In this document: piece by piece, positions 46,883 to 57,236 of the stretch
How the letters are laid out: the number at the start of each line of letters is the position of its first letter
Numbering within the stretch: the stretch's first letter is position 1
NCBI GenBank assembly: GCA_963823665.1
Contig: CAWGMQ010000006.1
Coordinates: 864,001-928,000, forward strand
DNA from: an uncultured Planctomycetota bacterium
GTDB lineage: Bacteria; Planctomycetota; Planctomycetia; Isosphaerales; Isosphaeraceae
Direction: 5' to 3'
DNA length: 64,000 nt
Position numbers and translations under genes: made by a program
The notes under the pieces: generated by a model
What the model was told of the DNA's origin: nothing
What the model saw: only the letters and a program-made list of their open reading frames with translations
Database searches by the model: none

Positions 46883-47025
46883 GGGAATTCAAGACACCCA
46901 TCCGTTGTCACGGCCCTCCGCATCCATTCATTCGTGGCACGCAAATTCGGTGCAAAACCACGGCCTCTGGTCATTTCGAGCACGCAGAAGGCCAGTGCCC
47001 GACGCTCGGCAAACGGTGGGTGTCT
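46883..47025 (+). mobile_element. ~145-bp inverted-repeat element (MITE/REPIN-like), copy 1; right arm interrupted by intron 1
   Basis: AGACACCCATCC...GGTGGGTGTCT; arm completed by GCCATCC at 49038-49044. Confidence 0.85.
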
Positions 47026-49037
47026 TTGCGTCAGGAAAAGCTCGAGAAAGGGGGAAGTGCCTCGAAACACAGAAACCTTTCATCGCGACCCTGCGGGTTA
47101 ACGAATCCCGCCCGGCAGAGCCTGGCCGGCAGCCGGAAGCAAGTCTTGCGTGGGGAGGGGTGACCCTCACTGCGAAGCGTAGACAGCGAGTCCCCATGCC
47201 ATGCTATCGAGCCCCGAAATACTCATCGTGGGAGCCTCCGTTGTAGACACAAGCGGGGGCCGCGTCGACACGCCGCAATGGCCTGGCGTGTTCGGTCCTG
47301 CCGGGGTCCAAGAACATGGCGCAGGGACGCGAGGGTTGCTCGGGAACCTGAGAGCCCCATCCGTCTCCACTGACATTTCCGGCTCGGGAACCGGAATACC
47401 AACTCCCCGGCCCACGACCCCGCGTCGGGTCGCTGGGAGCGAACAGGACGCAAGGGTGGTATCGCCACACGAAGGCAACGAAGTGCGGCGAAAGGGGCGG
47501 ATGGGAGTCGGAGCGTCTCGTAGTACCGTTGAAGCCGGGGAACCACTCCGAGGGACCCGGTGGAGGGAAGGAGACGCCATGTCACACAACCGTTGGAGGG
47601 AAACATGGCGGGTGCATCGGAACCCGTGGACGTGTCCACGAAACAACAACGGATAGCGGAACTCGCTCGGCGAAGCCCGGAGATGGGATTCACATCCCTG
47701 GGGCACTTCATCGACCTCGATTGGCTGCTCACAGCTTACTACCGGACCCGCCAAGACGGGGCGGTGGGCGTAGACGGACAAGATGGCGAGGCCTACGCAG
47801 CGAACCTGGTCCCGAACCTACGGTCGCTGCTGGAACGAGCCAAGTCCGGTACGTACCACGCACCGCCTGTGCGGCGAGTGCATATCCCCAAGGCAGGCTC
47901 AGCGACCGAAACCCGGCCACTGGGAATCCCGACCTTCGAGGATAAAGTGCTCCAGCGTGCTGTCGTGATGGTTCTGGAGGCGATATACGAGCAGGACTTC
48001 AAGAACTGCTCGCATGGCTTCCGGCCCGAGCGATCGGCACACACTGCGTCAGAGAGCCTGTGGCAACAGACGATGAACATGAAGGGCGGATGGGTAGTGG
48101 ATGTGGACATTCGTAAGTTCTTTGACACGATTGACCACGGCCATCTACGCGACTTCCTCAAGCGTCGGGTGCGAGACGGAGTGCTGCTCCGGCTCATCGG
48201 CAAATGGCTCAATGCGGGCGTCTTCGAGAACGGGTGCGTTACGCACCCCGAAATGGGGTCGCCACAAGGGGGTGTGATCAGCCCGATCCTTTCGAATATC
48301 TTCCTGCACTACGTGCTGGACGAGTGGTTCGAGCGGGAGGTTCAGCCTCGGATGATGGGCAGATCGTTCTTGATCCGCTATGCGGACGACTTCGTCATGG
48401 TCTTCTCATGCGAGTCCGACGCACGGCGTGTGATGAATGTGTTGCCCAAACGCTTTGAGAAGTACGGCTTGACCATCCACCCGGACAAGACGCGGCTGGT
48501 GCCGTTCGAGCGGCCATCGGACCGTCCCAAACCGGAAGGCGGACCCCCGCGAACTCCACCAGGGACATTCGACCTGCTGGCGTTCACGCATTACTGGGGT
48601 CGCTCCCGGCAGGGTCGCTGGGTGGTGAAGCGCAAGACGTCCAAAAGTCGATTTCGCCGAGGCCTGCGAACGTTGGCGGACTGGTGTCGCAAAAATCGAC
48701 ATCTACCGCTCAAGGTGCAGCACCGGATACTAGGTCAGAAACTGCTAGGCCACTATGCCTACTACGGAATCACCGGCAACTCCAAAATGTTGTCACGGTT
48801 TCGCAGTGGTGCCACCTGGCTCTGGCAGCACTGGCTGTCGCGCCGCGGGCGCGGCCGTCGGATGACATGGGAACGGTTCGCTCGGTTCCTGAAGCATAAA
48901 CCGCTTCCGGCAGCGATTGCGATCCACTCAGTATGCCGTCTCGTAGCGAACAAGTGACATGACGAGCCGGGTGCCTTAATTGGGCAAGCCCGGCTCTGTG
49001 GGAGCCTTGGGGGAGCGATCCCCCAAGGCGACCCGGC
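47026..49037 (+). mobile_element. Group II intron 1 (bacterial class E-like, RT-encoding)
   Basis: 5' TTGCG; EBS1 AGACAC 47245-47250 pairs with exon GTGTCT; D5 48964-48996 (AGC triad); D6 ends GACCCGGC. Confidence 0.92.
47605..48957 (+). CDS. ltrA: Group II intron reverse transcriptase/maturase without endonuclease
   Basis: GGAGG RBS; RPLGIPTFED, DIRKFFD, GSPQGG, RYADD; domain X GHYAYYG; no HNH. Confidence 0.95.
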   Translation: MAGASEPVDVSTKQQRIAELARRSPEMGFTSLGHFIDLDWLLTAYYRTRQDGAVGVDGQDGEAYAANLVPNLRSLLERAKSGTYHAPPVRRVHIPKAGSATETRPLGIPTFEDKVLQRAVVMVLEAIYEQDFKNCSHGFRPERSAHTASESLWQQTMNMKGGWVVDVDIRKFFDTIDHGHLRDFLKRRVRDGVLLRLIGKWLNAGVFENGCVTHPEMGSPQGGVISPILSNIFLHYVLDEWFEREVQPRMMGRSFLIRYADDFVMVFSCESDARRVMNVLPKRFEKYGLTIHPDKTRLVPFERPSDRPKPEGGPPRTPPGTFDLLAFTHYWGRSRQGRWVVKRKTSKSRFRRGLRTLADWCRKNRHLPLKVQHRILGQKLLGHYAYYGITGNSKMLSRFRSGATWLWQHWLSRRGRGRRMTWERFARFLKHKPLPAAIAIHSVCRLVANK

Positions 49038-49781
49038 GCCATCCTGAGATCGATGGGTGTCTGCCATCCCTGCGCCAAGAAGCTCGGAAAAGGAGGATCA
49101 TCTCAAATGTGAAACCTTTTAGCGGAACCCTGCGGGTAACCAATCCCGTCCGGCAGAGCCGGGCCAGCAGCCGGAAGTGAGTCTTGCGTGGGGAGAGGCG
49201 ACTCTCACTGCGAAGCGTAGACAGCGAGATCAAACGCTGTGCGATTGAGCCTCGAAATTTTCCCTCTTTGTCCTGAGCCCTCGTCCTTGTCTGACGCGGG
49301 GGCCGAGCCGGGCATTAGCGAAACCTGGACCCACTAGCGTGCCCGGTCAGACCGGGGTCGGAGAACATGGCGAATGATCAGTAGGGTTCCCCGGGAACTT
49401 GGGAGACCTTGTCGTTTCCATCGTGACGGCCGGCCGGAGCACCGGCTTACCAACTCCAGGTTGATCCACAGCTCTGTCCCGAGCTGGTGGGGACGAACAG
49501 GGGACGAACGATGGTATCGCCAAGCGAAGGAAACGAAGCGCGGCGAAATGGACGGCAAGGAGTCGGAGTGCCCCATAGTAGTGTTGAAGCGGGGGAACGG
49601 CCCTCCGGACCCTGTGGAGCGAAGGGGGCACCGCGTTGTGGATGGGAAGTTGGAACCACGCCGAGGACACCGTGCCTCACCAGCGTGTCACCGCGAAACG
49701 ACCTAGTCGTGTGAGGGACAGTGATTCCCCAACGTGACGAGCCGGATGCCTCTTCGACGGGCAAGTCCGGATCTGTGGGAA

Positions 49782-52201
49782 TCGCGAAACGAAGCTGCGG
49801 ATGAGTCTGTTATGACTGGATTTGCAACCAGGACATAACCCGATGTACGACCACCGGAACCCTACCAGGACGTGCGGCCGGAGCAATCCGACCGTGCGAA
49901 GCTCTTGGGACAACGTAACCTCACCTTCGGGTGGTTGGATATCCCGTGAGGGAATCCGGCGACTGCGAACGCCAATGCGGTCGGGGGCCAGGGGTGGATG
50001 GCATGGCTAATCCAGGTGAACTGCCGATAAACGTCGTGAGATCCAACAAGCCAAAGGCGCTGAGAGGCTTGAACCAAAAAGGTACGTGGCCAGGTACAGT
50101 GGGATTTCCCATCCCCTGTCGTCGTCATCCGAGCCACCGGCGGAGAGGCAGAGCCTAAACCATCCGTGATTCATCCGTGGAACGTGGTAAGCCCGTCGCC
50201 CTCCCTTCGGGGTAGGACCGTCGTAAGGCGTCGCCGATGGGGCGGCGGGTGGAGGATGAGGGAGCAAGCCAATGCCGTTCGGTAGTCGATCGGATAGAGG
50301 GTGAGTCCTCCCACGGACGACATCCCCTCACCGCGAAAGCGGTGCCGACTTCCCTCAGGTGTTCCGTCACGAGAGAACCTTGGCCAACCGACTCAGGGAG
50401 ACAAGCAGATATGTCGGCGGCAGAAATGCTTGCTGGTGCGGCTCCCGAGCTTACGCCCGACTGGCACTCCATCGAATGGAAGAAAGTCTGGCGCACAGTC
50501 CGTCGGCTCCAGGCGCGTATCGTGAAGGCTGTTGCGGAGGGCAGATGGAATAAGGTCAAGGCTCTGGTTTATCTGCTCACGCACTCGTTCAGTGGCCGGG
50601 CCCTGGCCATTTTGCGAGTCATCAGTAATTCGGGTGCGAAGACTCCCGGTGTGGACGGAGTTCTCTGGAACACACCGGAAGCCAAGTCGGCTGCTTTCAG
50701 CACTCTGCGTCGGCACGGTTACCAACCGCAACCGCTCCGCCGGGTGTACATTCCCAAAAGCAACGGCAAGCGACGTCCTCTCGGAATTCCCACCATGTCA
50801 GATCGAGCCATGCAGGCATTATACTTGCTAGGCCTCGATCCCATTGCGGAATCTCGAGCCGACGGCCATTCCTATGGCTTTCGGCTGGAACGTCGTTGTG
50901 CCGACGCCCTGGAACAATCTCATATTGTCTTGGGTAATCGGAGCGGTCCAGCATGGATTCTCGAAGGGGACATCAAAGCTTGCTTTGATCGCATCAGTCA
51001 TGACTGGCTCTTGACGCACGTCCCCATGGACCGGCAGTTGCTCGGGCAATGGCTGAAAGTGGGTTTCCTGGAGAAGCACGCCTGGTTCGCCACCACGGAA
51101 GGAACACCTCAAGGCGGGATCATTTCACCCGTCCTGGCGAATTGGACTCTGGATGGACTGCAACGGCTGTTGGCGGAACAGTTCGCCGAGAAGCACGGGC
51201 GACAACGGAAGTTTAAAGTCCACCTGGTCCGCTATGCGGATGACTTCTTGATCACGGGCATCTCAAAGGAACTCCTCCGTGACCAAGTGCAACCTCTCGT
51301 GGCTCATTTCTTGAAGGAACGCGGCTTGGAACTTTCCCACGAGAAAACCCAGATCACGCATGTGGAGGATGGCTTCGATTTCTTGGGGCAGAATGTGCGA
51401 CGCTATCGCTGCGGCAAGGTGTTCACCAAGCCGTCCTTGCGAAACGTGAAGACGTTCTTGAACAAGATACAGGAAACGATCGACGGCTCGGGCAGCCTAA
51501 CGGCAGGAGAGATGATCTGGCGTTTGAATCAGCAGATCAAGGGCTGGACCATGTACCACCGTTACGCGGCGAGCAAGCGCACTTTTACGTACGTGGATCA
51601 CCGGATTTTCCAGAAATTGTGGCGTTGGTGTCGACGACGGCACCAGAACAAAGGCCGGAGGTGGATCAAGGAGAAATACTTCCAGCAAGACGGTTACCGC
51701 CACTGGGTCTTCACCGGTACGCTGTTTGACCAGAAAGGCCAAGGCCGGCCGATCCAGTTGATGGAAGCAGCCAAAGTGAAGATCATTCGTTATGTGAAGA
51801 TCCGGAGCGACGTGAATCCCTACGATCCGAAGTGGGAACTGTACCTGGAAGCACGACTGGGTTGGCAACTGAGCCAAACGCTGGCAGGTCGGGGTCGGAT
51901 CGAATACTTATGGAAGGAACAAGAGGGACGATGCGTGGTCTGTGGTCAACCGCTGCGGATCGCAGAGGAAGACTTGCATCTCCACCATCGCATCTGGCGC
52001 AGCCGGGGCGGTTCTGGCACAGCCGACAACCTGGAGTTGTTGCATGCCAACTGTCATCGGCAGATCCATGTCCAAGAACGACTGACGAAAGCGGCCGCGT
52101 CCTGCGAGGGGCGTTCGTGAAGGCTTGAGCTGCATGAAGGGAAACTTTCACGTGCAGTTCTGAGGGGAGGGGGTGGCGGTAACGTCACCTCCTTACCCGG
52201 C
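49782..52201 (+). mobile_element. Group II intron 3 (CL1-like); inner intron of the twintron
   Basis: 5' TCGCGAAACGAAGCTGCGGATGAG; EBS2 AGATCC 50039-50044; EBS1 TTCCCA 50106-50111; D5 52127-52160; ends TTACCCGGC. Confidence 0.9.
50411..52120 (+). CDS. ltrA: Group II intron RT/maturase with RVT_N and HNH endonuclease domains
   Basis: WHSIEW...[35 protein letters not shown]...HH...GG...NL...HANCHRQIH. Confidence 0.95.
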   Translation: MSAAEMLAGAAPELTPDWHSIEWKKVWRTVRRLQARIVKAVAEGRWNKVKALVYLLTHSFSGRALAILRVISNSGAKTPGVDGVLWNTPEAKSAAFSTLRRHGYQPQPLRRVYIPKSNGKRRPLGIPTMSDRAMQALYLLGLDPIAESRADGHSYGFRLERRCADALEQSHIVLGNRSGPAWILEGDIKACFDRISHDWLLTHVPMDRQLLGQWLKVGFLEKHAWFATTEGTPQGGIISPVLANWTLDGLQRLLAEQFAEKHGRQRKFKVHLVRYADDFLITGISKELLRDQVQPLVAHFLKERGLELSHEKTQITHVEDGFDFLGQNVRRYRCGKVFTKPSLRNVKTFLNKIQETIDGSGSLTAGEMIWRLNQQIKGWTMYHRYAASKRTFTYVDHRIFQKLWRWCRRRHQNKGRRWIKEKYFQQDGYRHWVFTGTLFDQKGQGRPIQLMEAAKVKIIRYVKIRSDVNPYDPKWELYLEARLGWQLSQTLAGRGRIEYLWKEQEGRCVVCGQPLRIAEEDLHLHHRIWRSRGGSGTADNLELLHANCHRQIHVQERLTKAAASCEGRS

Positions 52202-52234
52202 CCCGGGGCGGGCAACCGCCCTGGGTGACCCGGC

Positions 52235-52372
52235 CCCATCCAGTTGTCACGGTCGCCCGCATCCATTCATTTGCGGCTCGCTCGTTCGGCGCAAAACCAC
52301 GGCCCCCGGTCATTTCGAACACGCAGAAGGTCAGTGCCCGACGCCCGACAAAAGGTGCGTGTGTGACATCCC
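52235..52372 (+). mobile_element. Inverted-repeat element copy 2 (left arm cut by intron 2; right arm degenerate and empty)
   Basis: Begins CCCATCC; same core as copy 1; ends GTGTGTGACATCCC. Confidence 0.8.
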
Positions 52373-52698
52373 GGATTGAGGAAGCATCGAACTGAATAGG
52401 CTGCGGGTTGGGCTGCTCTGACCTGCCTTCCCGACGCTCTGTGGAGGCACGTCATGACCGGTAAATTCTTGGCACCTCTGTTTGGGTCATTCGTTCTTTG
52501 CATTTCGCCTCCGGTTTCCGGCCAAGTGCCCACGCCAAAACCAGCAACCGCTCAGCCCGCCGCGCCGAAGGCGGTAGGTTCCCCCACGTGGTCGGCATGC
52601 AGCACGCGGATTCGACGATCCCATCGCCATCGGACGCCCCAGGCCGTATAATCCGAGTGAGATCGCGTCTTCTCGCGTACCCAGACGGAGCATATACC

Positions 52699-53001
52699 AT
52701 GGAGATTCCGGTGCTCGTTGAGCCCGTGGCCGGGAACGGCTATCGCGCCCACGGGAATTCGCCTCTGGCGCTCAGCGCGGAAGGCAGCACACCCGACGAG
52801 GCGTTAGCGAAGTTCCGGGAGCTGCTCTCGACTCACCTGGCCGGCGGCGCCCGGATCGTTTCGGTCGAGGTTCCTTCGACAAAACATCCCCTGGCGCGTT
52901 TTGCAGGCACGCTCCAGCGCGATGATCCACTCGTCCAGTCCTGGAAGGAAGAGATGGCCGAATACCGTAAGCAAGTGGAAGCCGACGCCGATTACCTATG
53001 A
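52699..53001 (+). CDS. HicB-like antitoxin
   Basis: IPVLVEP...GYRA...SAEGSTPDEALAKFRELL; ATGA overlap with the PIN gene. Confidence 0.7.
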   Translation: MEIPVLVEPVAGNGYRAHGNSPLALSAEGSTPDEALAKFRELLSTHLAGGARIVSVEVPSTKHPLARFAGTLQRDDPLVQSWKEEMAEYRKQVEADADYL

Positions 53002-53179
53002 ACCCGCTCGTGCTCGACACCGATATGTTGACGCTCTACCGAGAAGGCGACTCCAAGTAGCGAAAATGGACCTGCGCATCGCCGCGATTGTCCTGCACTC
53101 CGACGGTATCTTGATCACGCGCAACCAGCGGGATTTTGGGCGCATTCCGGGGTTGAGGATTGAAGACTGGAGTAGATAG
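52998..53179 (+). pseudogene. vapC: VapC/PIN toxin with internal deletion
   Basis: LVLDTDML joined out of frame to MDLRIAAIVL...LITRNQRDFGRIPGLRIEDW; about half the normal length. Confidence 0.8.
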
Positions 53180-53226
53180 CGGTCAGATGAGATTCAGGAT
53201 GTCCAACCGGTCAGACCCTCCAAGGA

Positions 53227-53377
53227 GGAATCCAGGCACCGATCCTTTGTCTCACGGCCTCCGCATCCATTCATTCGCGGCTCGCTCGTTCGGTGCAAAA
53301 CCACGGCCTCTGGTCATTTCGAACACGCAGAAGGCCAGTGCCCGACGCTCGGCAAACGGTGGGTGTCTGACATCCCC
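53227..53377 (+). mobile_element. Inverted-repeat element copy 3 (intron-free, empty site)
   Basis: GGAATCCAGGCACCGATCC...GGTGGGTGTCTGACATCCCC uninterrupted. Confidence 0.88.
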
Positions 53378-53379
53378 TC

Positions 53380-53695
53380 GTTTCCGGCAAGTCGTCGCCG
53401 AGGTCCAAACACTCTACGTACGCTTCCGCCAGGGGGCGGGCAACGTACGAGGCGAGCGTGAAGGGCCTTCCTCCGGAGATGTCCGGCACGGACGCCGAGT
53501 CGTAGCGATCCCAAACGGCGTTGCGGATGCCTCCCGGGTCGTGAGGTCCCGGCGGGAAAAGATCGACCAGCAGCACATGGCAGCCAAGACGAAGCGCCGA
53601 GTCAATCTTGTCCACGAACTCTTCCACCGATGAGTCGCGATCTTTATTTGCGGGCGAAACGACCTCCAGGATGGCAACGATTTGATTCCGGCTGG
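53380..53695 (-). pseudogene. Internal fragment of a DUF4058-like protein
   Basis: IVAILEVVSPANKD...HVLLVDLFPPGPHDP...TLASY...GDDLPE, ending at element copy 3. Confidence 0.7.
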
Positions 53696-53698
53696 TAT

Positions 53699-53779
53699 CA
53701 GGAATGCCCGGCGGAAACCGTCGGAGATGCAGTGGTACCAGCGCGTTTTGGACAAGTCGTCGAGGTGGGTGCGAGCCAT
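53699..53779 (-). pseudogene. N-terminal stub of a RAYT-like (Y1 HUH) transposase
   Basis: MARTHLDDLSKTRWYHCISDGFRRAFL resembles the YHCxSRCVRRAFL start of this family. Confidence 0.6.
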
Positions 53780-53969
53780 CGTAAGCAGTGTGTCTCCCAG
53801 GCGATTTTTACGGTTCCACCTTTGCATTCAAACGGGGCCGCAATTACAATTGTCGGCGTTAGTGCGGTCGCCACGCCGCGAACGAACTGGCTCACGTTTT
53901 TCGCCGCTCTGCTGCGACGTTCAGGATCGCTTCGCTCGTGATCGGCAGTCAGCCTGGAGGAGCATCGTC

Positions 53970-55736
53970 GTGGCACGAACTTCCCGAGTGCGAAAAATTG
54001 CGGACATTGAGCTGCTCGAAGGCAGACTGCTCCTCTCCGGAGGCGGTCGTCAGTCGCCCGCACTCGCCCGCTTGCCCGCCTCTCCGACCGTCGCGCCGGA
54101 GTCCGCGCTGACAATCCCCGGAAGCTTCAACGCCAGTGCAACGGGGGCGGCGACGACGGTCACATTTACGTTCAAAGGAAAATACAAGATTTCGGAGTTC
54201 GCGCTCGCGGTGACGCCGAGCTCGGTAATCGCGGCTGTTCCCGTCGTTCTCAACAAGAATGCACAGCCGACGAGCGGCGTTGCCAGCGTGACGGTGACTC
54301 AATTGACGGCCACGGCACTCTTGCATTTCCAGTCCTACCGGCAGCTTCATATCACGATGTTGCCGAAAACGGCTGCGCCCGCGGGCACAATCACCGAGCA
54401 ATTCCTCGCCGCCGATCAACACGCGCTGACGACGCTCGACAACGCCTATCAAGCAGTCGAGTCTGCTGTGCCGGGGACGATCTCATCCTTGATTTCGCCC
54501 AGTTACGAACCGCCCGGCTCAACCACAGTGGGGCCAATCCCGGGAACGACGATGTTTCAACAAATCGCCGCGTTACAGGCGAATCTGAGTCAGCTTCAGA
54601 ATTACGTCGCGCAGGCGGCCGCTGGCGTGCCGGTGATACTGGGAACCGATCGTCATACTCCGATCAAGTTGACGGAGAAGTCGCTTGCGCTTTCGGACCG
54701 GATCCTAATGGCGGAGATTACCGGCGCGGAATCGTCTCCAGCCGAGGCTCGTGTGGAAGACGCGGGCACCAGCAATCCATTCGGCGACATTGCTGTTGCG
54801 CTCGGCAAACTGGCGCCGGCGCTTTCCGGCGCGGCCGCCACGTTCACCGCGATAGGGCTTGGAACAGGCGAATCGGTTCTGCTGCTTGGCGGAGCGGCTT
54901 TATTAAATGTGGCGCTGGTGGCAACCGCGGGACTGGTTTTCGGAGGCGCAATTCTGGTGGTGGCCGGCGGAATTGATCTGGCGCTGGCCGGAAACCCCAC
55001 CACGGCGCAGCTCACGAACCAGTCGCCTGCCGAGATGGCAGCCGCGGCCCAGAACCAGGTTCCTTACACCGCTGCACTGGGATTGGAGCAAAGCGCGATC
55101 CCCTACAACGATGTCAAATCCGCGGACGCCGGCCAGGTCGTGCTTGGCGTCATGGACGATGGGACAGCCGTCTATGAATCCGCCTTCGGCTCGTCGGATT
55201 TGGAACAGTCCGGCGCGAAGGTGACGATCACGAATGTTAACGCGGTGATCGACAGCGAGACCGAGGAGCTCGCGCAAATACTGGGCCTGAATCCGAACTA
55301 TGGTCCCGGCGAAGGGCAAGGCTCTGGCGGCTCGGGATCGGGCGGCGCCGGCGGGGGACAGACAGGCGGTCCGATATCGGGAAGCCTGAGCGGAACATAC
55401 ACGGGGACCGTTGCCGACACGAGCGGTCAAATATTTACTTCCTCGGTCACCGCGAGCAATATCAGCACAGCCGATGGTGAAATTTCCGGGACTGTGACAT
55501 TTGCGCAATACCCATTTGTGCAGGACGACGTGGTAGCGAGCACCGTCCCGGACATCCCGGCGACTCTCTCCGGGTTTTTTACGTCTGAGGGCAGTGCGGG
55601 CGGAGAATTCGTCATCCATCTTTCTGGTGGCGATGCCCCGCTATCGTGGAGCGGCACCGTGACGTCCTCCGGGATCGTGATCAATCTCACAGCCAGCGAT
55701 GGTTCGAGCGCAGGCACAATCAATCTTCAACCGTGA
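53970..55736 (+). CDS. Extracellular protein with LExRxLLS motif and long central hydrophobic region
   Basis: GGAGG RBS plus GTG; IELLEGRLLLS; long Ala/Gly/Leu-rich hydrophobic stretch; beta-rich C-terminus. Confidence 0.75.
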   Translation: MARTSRVRKIADIELLEGRLLLSGGGRQSPALARLPASPTVAPESALTIPGSFNASATGAATTVTFTFKGKYKISEFALAVTPSSVIAAVPVVLNKNAQPTSGVASVTVTQLTATALLHFQSYRQLHITMLPKTAAPAGTITEQFLAADQHALTTLDNAYQAVESAVPGTISSLISPSYEPPGSTTVGPIPGTTMFQQIAALQANLSQLQNYVAQAAAGVPVILGTDRHTPIKLTEKSLALSDRILMAEITGAESSPAEARVEDAGTSNPFGDIAVALGKLAPALSGAAATFTAIGLGTGESVLLLGGAALLNVALVATAGLVFGGAILVVAGGIDLALAGNPTTAQLTNQSPAEMAAAAQNQVPYTAALGLEQSAIPYNDVKSADAGQVVLGVMDDGTAVYESAFGSSDLEQSGAKVTITNVNAVIDSETEELAQILGLNPNYGPGEGQGSGGSGSGGAGGGQTGGPISGSLSGTYTGTVADTSGQIFTSSVTASNISTADGEISGTVTFAQYPFVQDDVVASTVPDIPATLSGFFTSEGSAGGEFVIHLSGGDAPLSWSGTVTSSGIVINLTASDGSSAGTINLQP

Positions 55737-55751
55737 CCGACGGATAGCGAG

Positions 55752-56052
55752 TCACGGCCCAATCGACTTGGCTTTCGGGCTAATCTTGAACGTCGTATTG
55801 CCCGTCAAGAAGAATGCACCCGACGCATCGGTGATGCCCGAGGGTGCCAAGGCGTTGACCTTCAGCTCGCCTCCGTTTGCGAAGCTCTGTTTACCGGTGA
55901 GGATCGTCACACTGCTCGAACCGGCGGTGTAGCTGACCTGGACGGGGATGGGGCTTGTGACCGTCTTCTTCTTGTGTTTCGACTTCACCAGCACGGTGTA
56001 GTTGCCCGCATTGTCGGCAGCCGTGGGGTCTAGCGCCTCGTTGAAGGTGAGC
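55752..56052 (-). pseudogene. C-terminal fragment of a planctomycete extracellular protein
   Basis: LTFNEALDPTAADNAGNY...GITDASG; 5' part missing at element copy 4. Confidence 0.65.
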
Positions 56053-56053
56053 G

Positions 56054-56196
56054 GGGATTCCAGACACCCATCCTTTGTCTCACGGCCTCCACATCCATTC
56101 ATTCGCGGCTCGCTCGTTCGGCGCAAAACCACGGCCTCTGGTCAAGTCGAACACGCAGAAGGCCAGTGCCCGATGCTCGGCAAACGGTGGGTGTCT
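56054..56196 (+). mobile_element. Inverted-repeat element copy 4; right arm interrupted by intron 4
   Basis: GGGATTCCAGACACCCATCC...GGTGGGTGTCT; GGCATCC resumes at 56929. Confidence 0.88.
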
Positions 56197-56928
56197 TTGC
56201 GTCAGGAAAGCTCGAGAAAGGAGGAAGTGCCTCGAAACACAGAAACCTTTCATCGCGACCCTGCGGGTTAACGAATCCCGCCCGGCAGAGCCTGGCCGGC
56301 AGCCGGAAGCAAGTCTTGCGTGGGGAGGGGTGACCCTCACTGCGAAGCGTAGACAGCGAGTCTCCATGCCATGCTATCGAGCCCCGAAATACTCATCGTG
56401 GGAGCCTCCGTTGTAGACACAAGCGGGGGCCGTGTCGACACGCCGCAATGGCCTGGCGTGTTCGGTCCTGCCGGGGTCCAAGAACATGGCGCAGGGACGC
56501 GAGGGTTGCTCGGGAACCTGAGAGCCCCATCCGTCTCCACTGACATTTCCGGCTCGGGAACCGGAATACCAACTCCCCGGCCCACGACCCCGCGTCGGGT
56601 CGCTGGGAGCGAACAAGACGCAAGGGTGGTATCGCCAAACGAAGGCAACGAAGTGCGGCGAAATGGGCGGACGGGAGTCGGAGTGCTCCGTAGTAGCAGT
56701 GAAGCGGGGGAATGGGCCCTCCCAGACCCTGTGGAGCGAAGGGGGTACCGTGTCGCGGACTGGAAGCCGGAACCACGCCGAGGGCATTGGACCTCAGAGC
56801 GCGTCACCGCGAGGCGACCAGATCGTGTGAGGGACAGCGACGCCGCGACATGACGAGCCGGATGCCTTAATTGGGCACGTCCGGATCAGTGGGAGCCCTG
56901 GCGGAGCGATCCGCCAGGGCGACCCGGC
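56197..56928 (+). mobile_element. Group II intron 4 (ORF-less, 732 nt)
   Basis: TTGCG start; EBS1 AGACAC 56415-56420; D5 56855-56887; intact D6 ending GACCCGGC; no RT ORF. Confidence 0.92.
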
Positions 56929-57236
56929 GGCATCCGTGAGCGCCGTCCCAGGGACCAAGTCCGAAGGAAGGGCGGCAGGAAGCCGCCCCTCACCTCACCT
57001 TCGGGATTGGTACTAATGCGCTAAATCGTTCCACTCAATCGTTTCTCCACCAGTAGCTAACGACGCAATCCGGGAATTCCAGTTCACGCTGAACTATTAC
57101 AGGTGCCATTATGGCGCCCAGGGAGTGTCGCTCCGCCGCCGGCTCGTCTATGGCTACGGGAACGGCTCAGTTTCCGACCATGACCGGCGCGATTTGAAGT
57201 ACGCGGCACGGGATGGAAGCCCGCTTGAGGGAGTAG

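Larger units (their letters stand above)
49070..52234 (+). mobile_element. Group II intron 2 (ORF-less, class E-like); outer intron of a twintron
   Basis: D1 homologous to intron 1; compact D4; D5 49739-49773; D6 TGTGGGAA|CCCGGGGCGGGCAACCGCCCTGGGTGACCCGGC split at 49781/52202. Confidence 0.88.

Noticed and set aside
47605..52120. DGR, retron or defence RT
   Set aside because: Both RTs have maturase domains and lie inside complete D1-D6 ribozymes; no TR/VR pair with adenine-specific mismatches was seen
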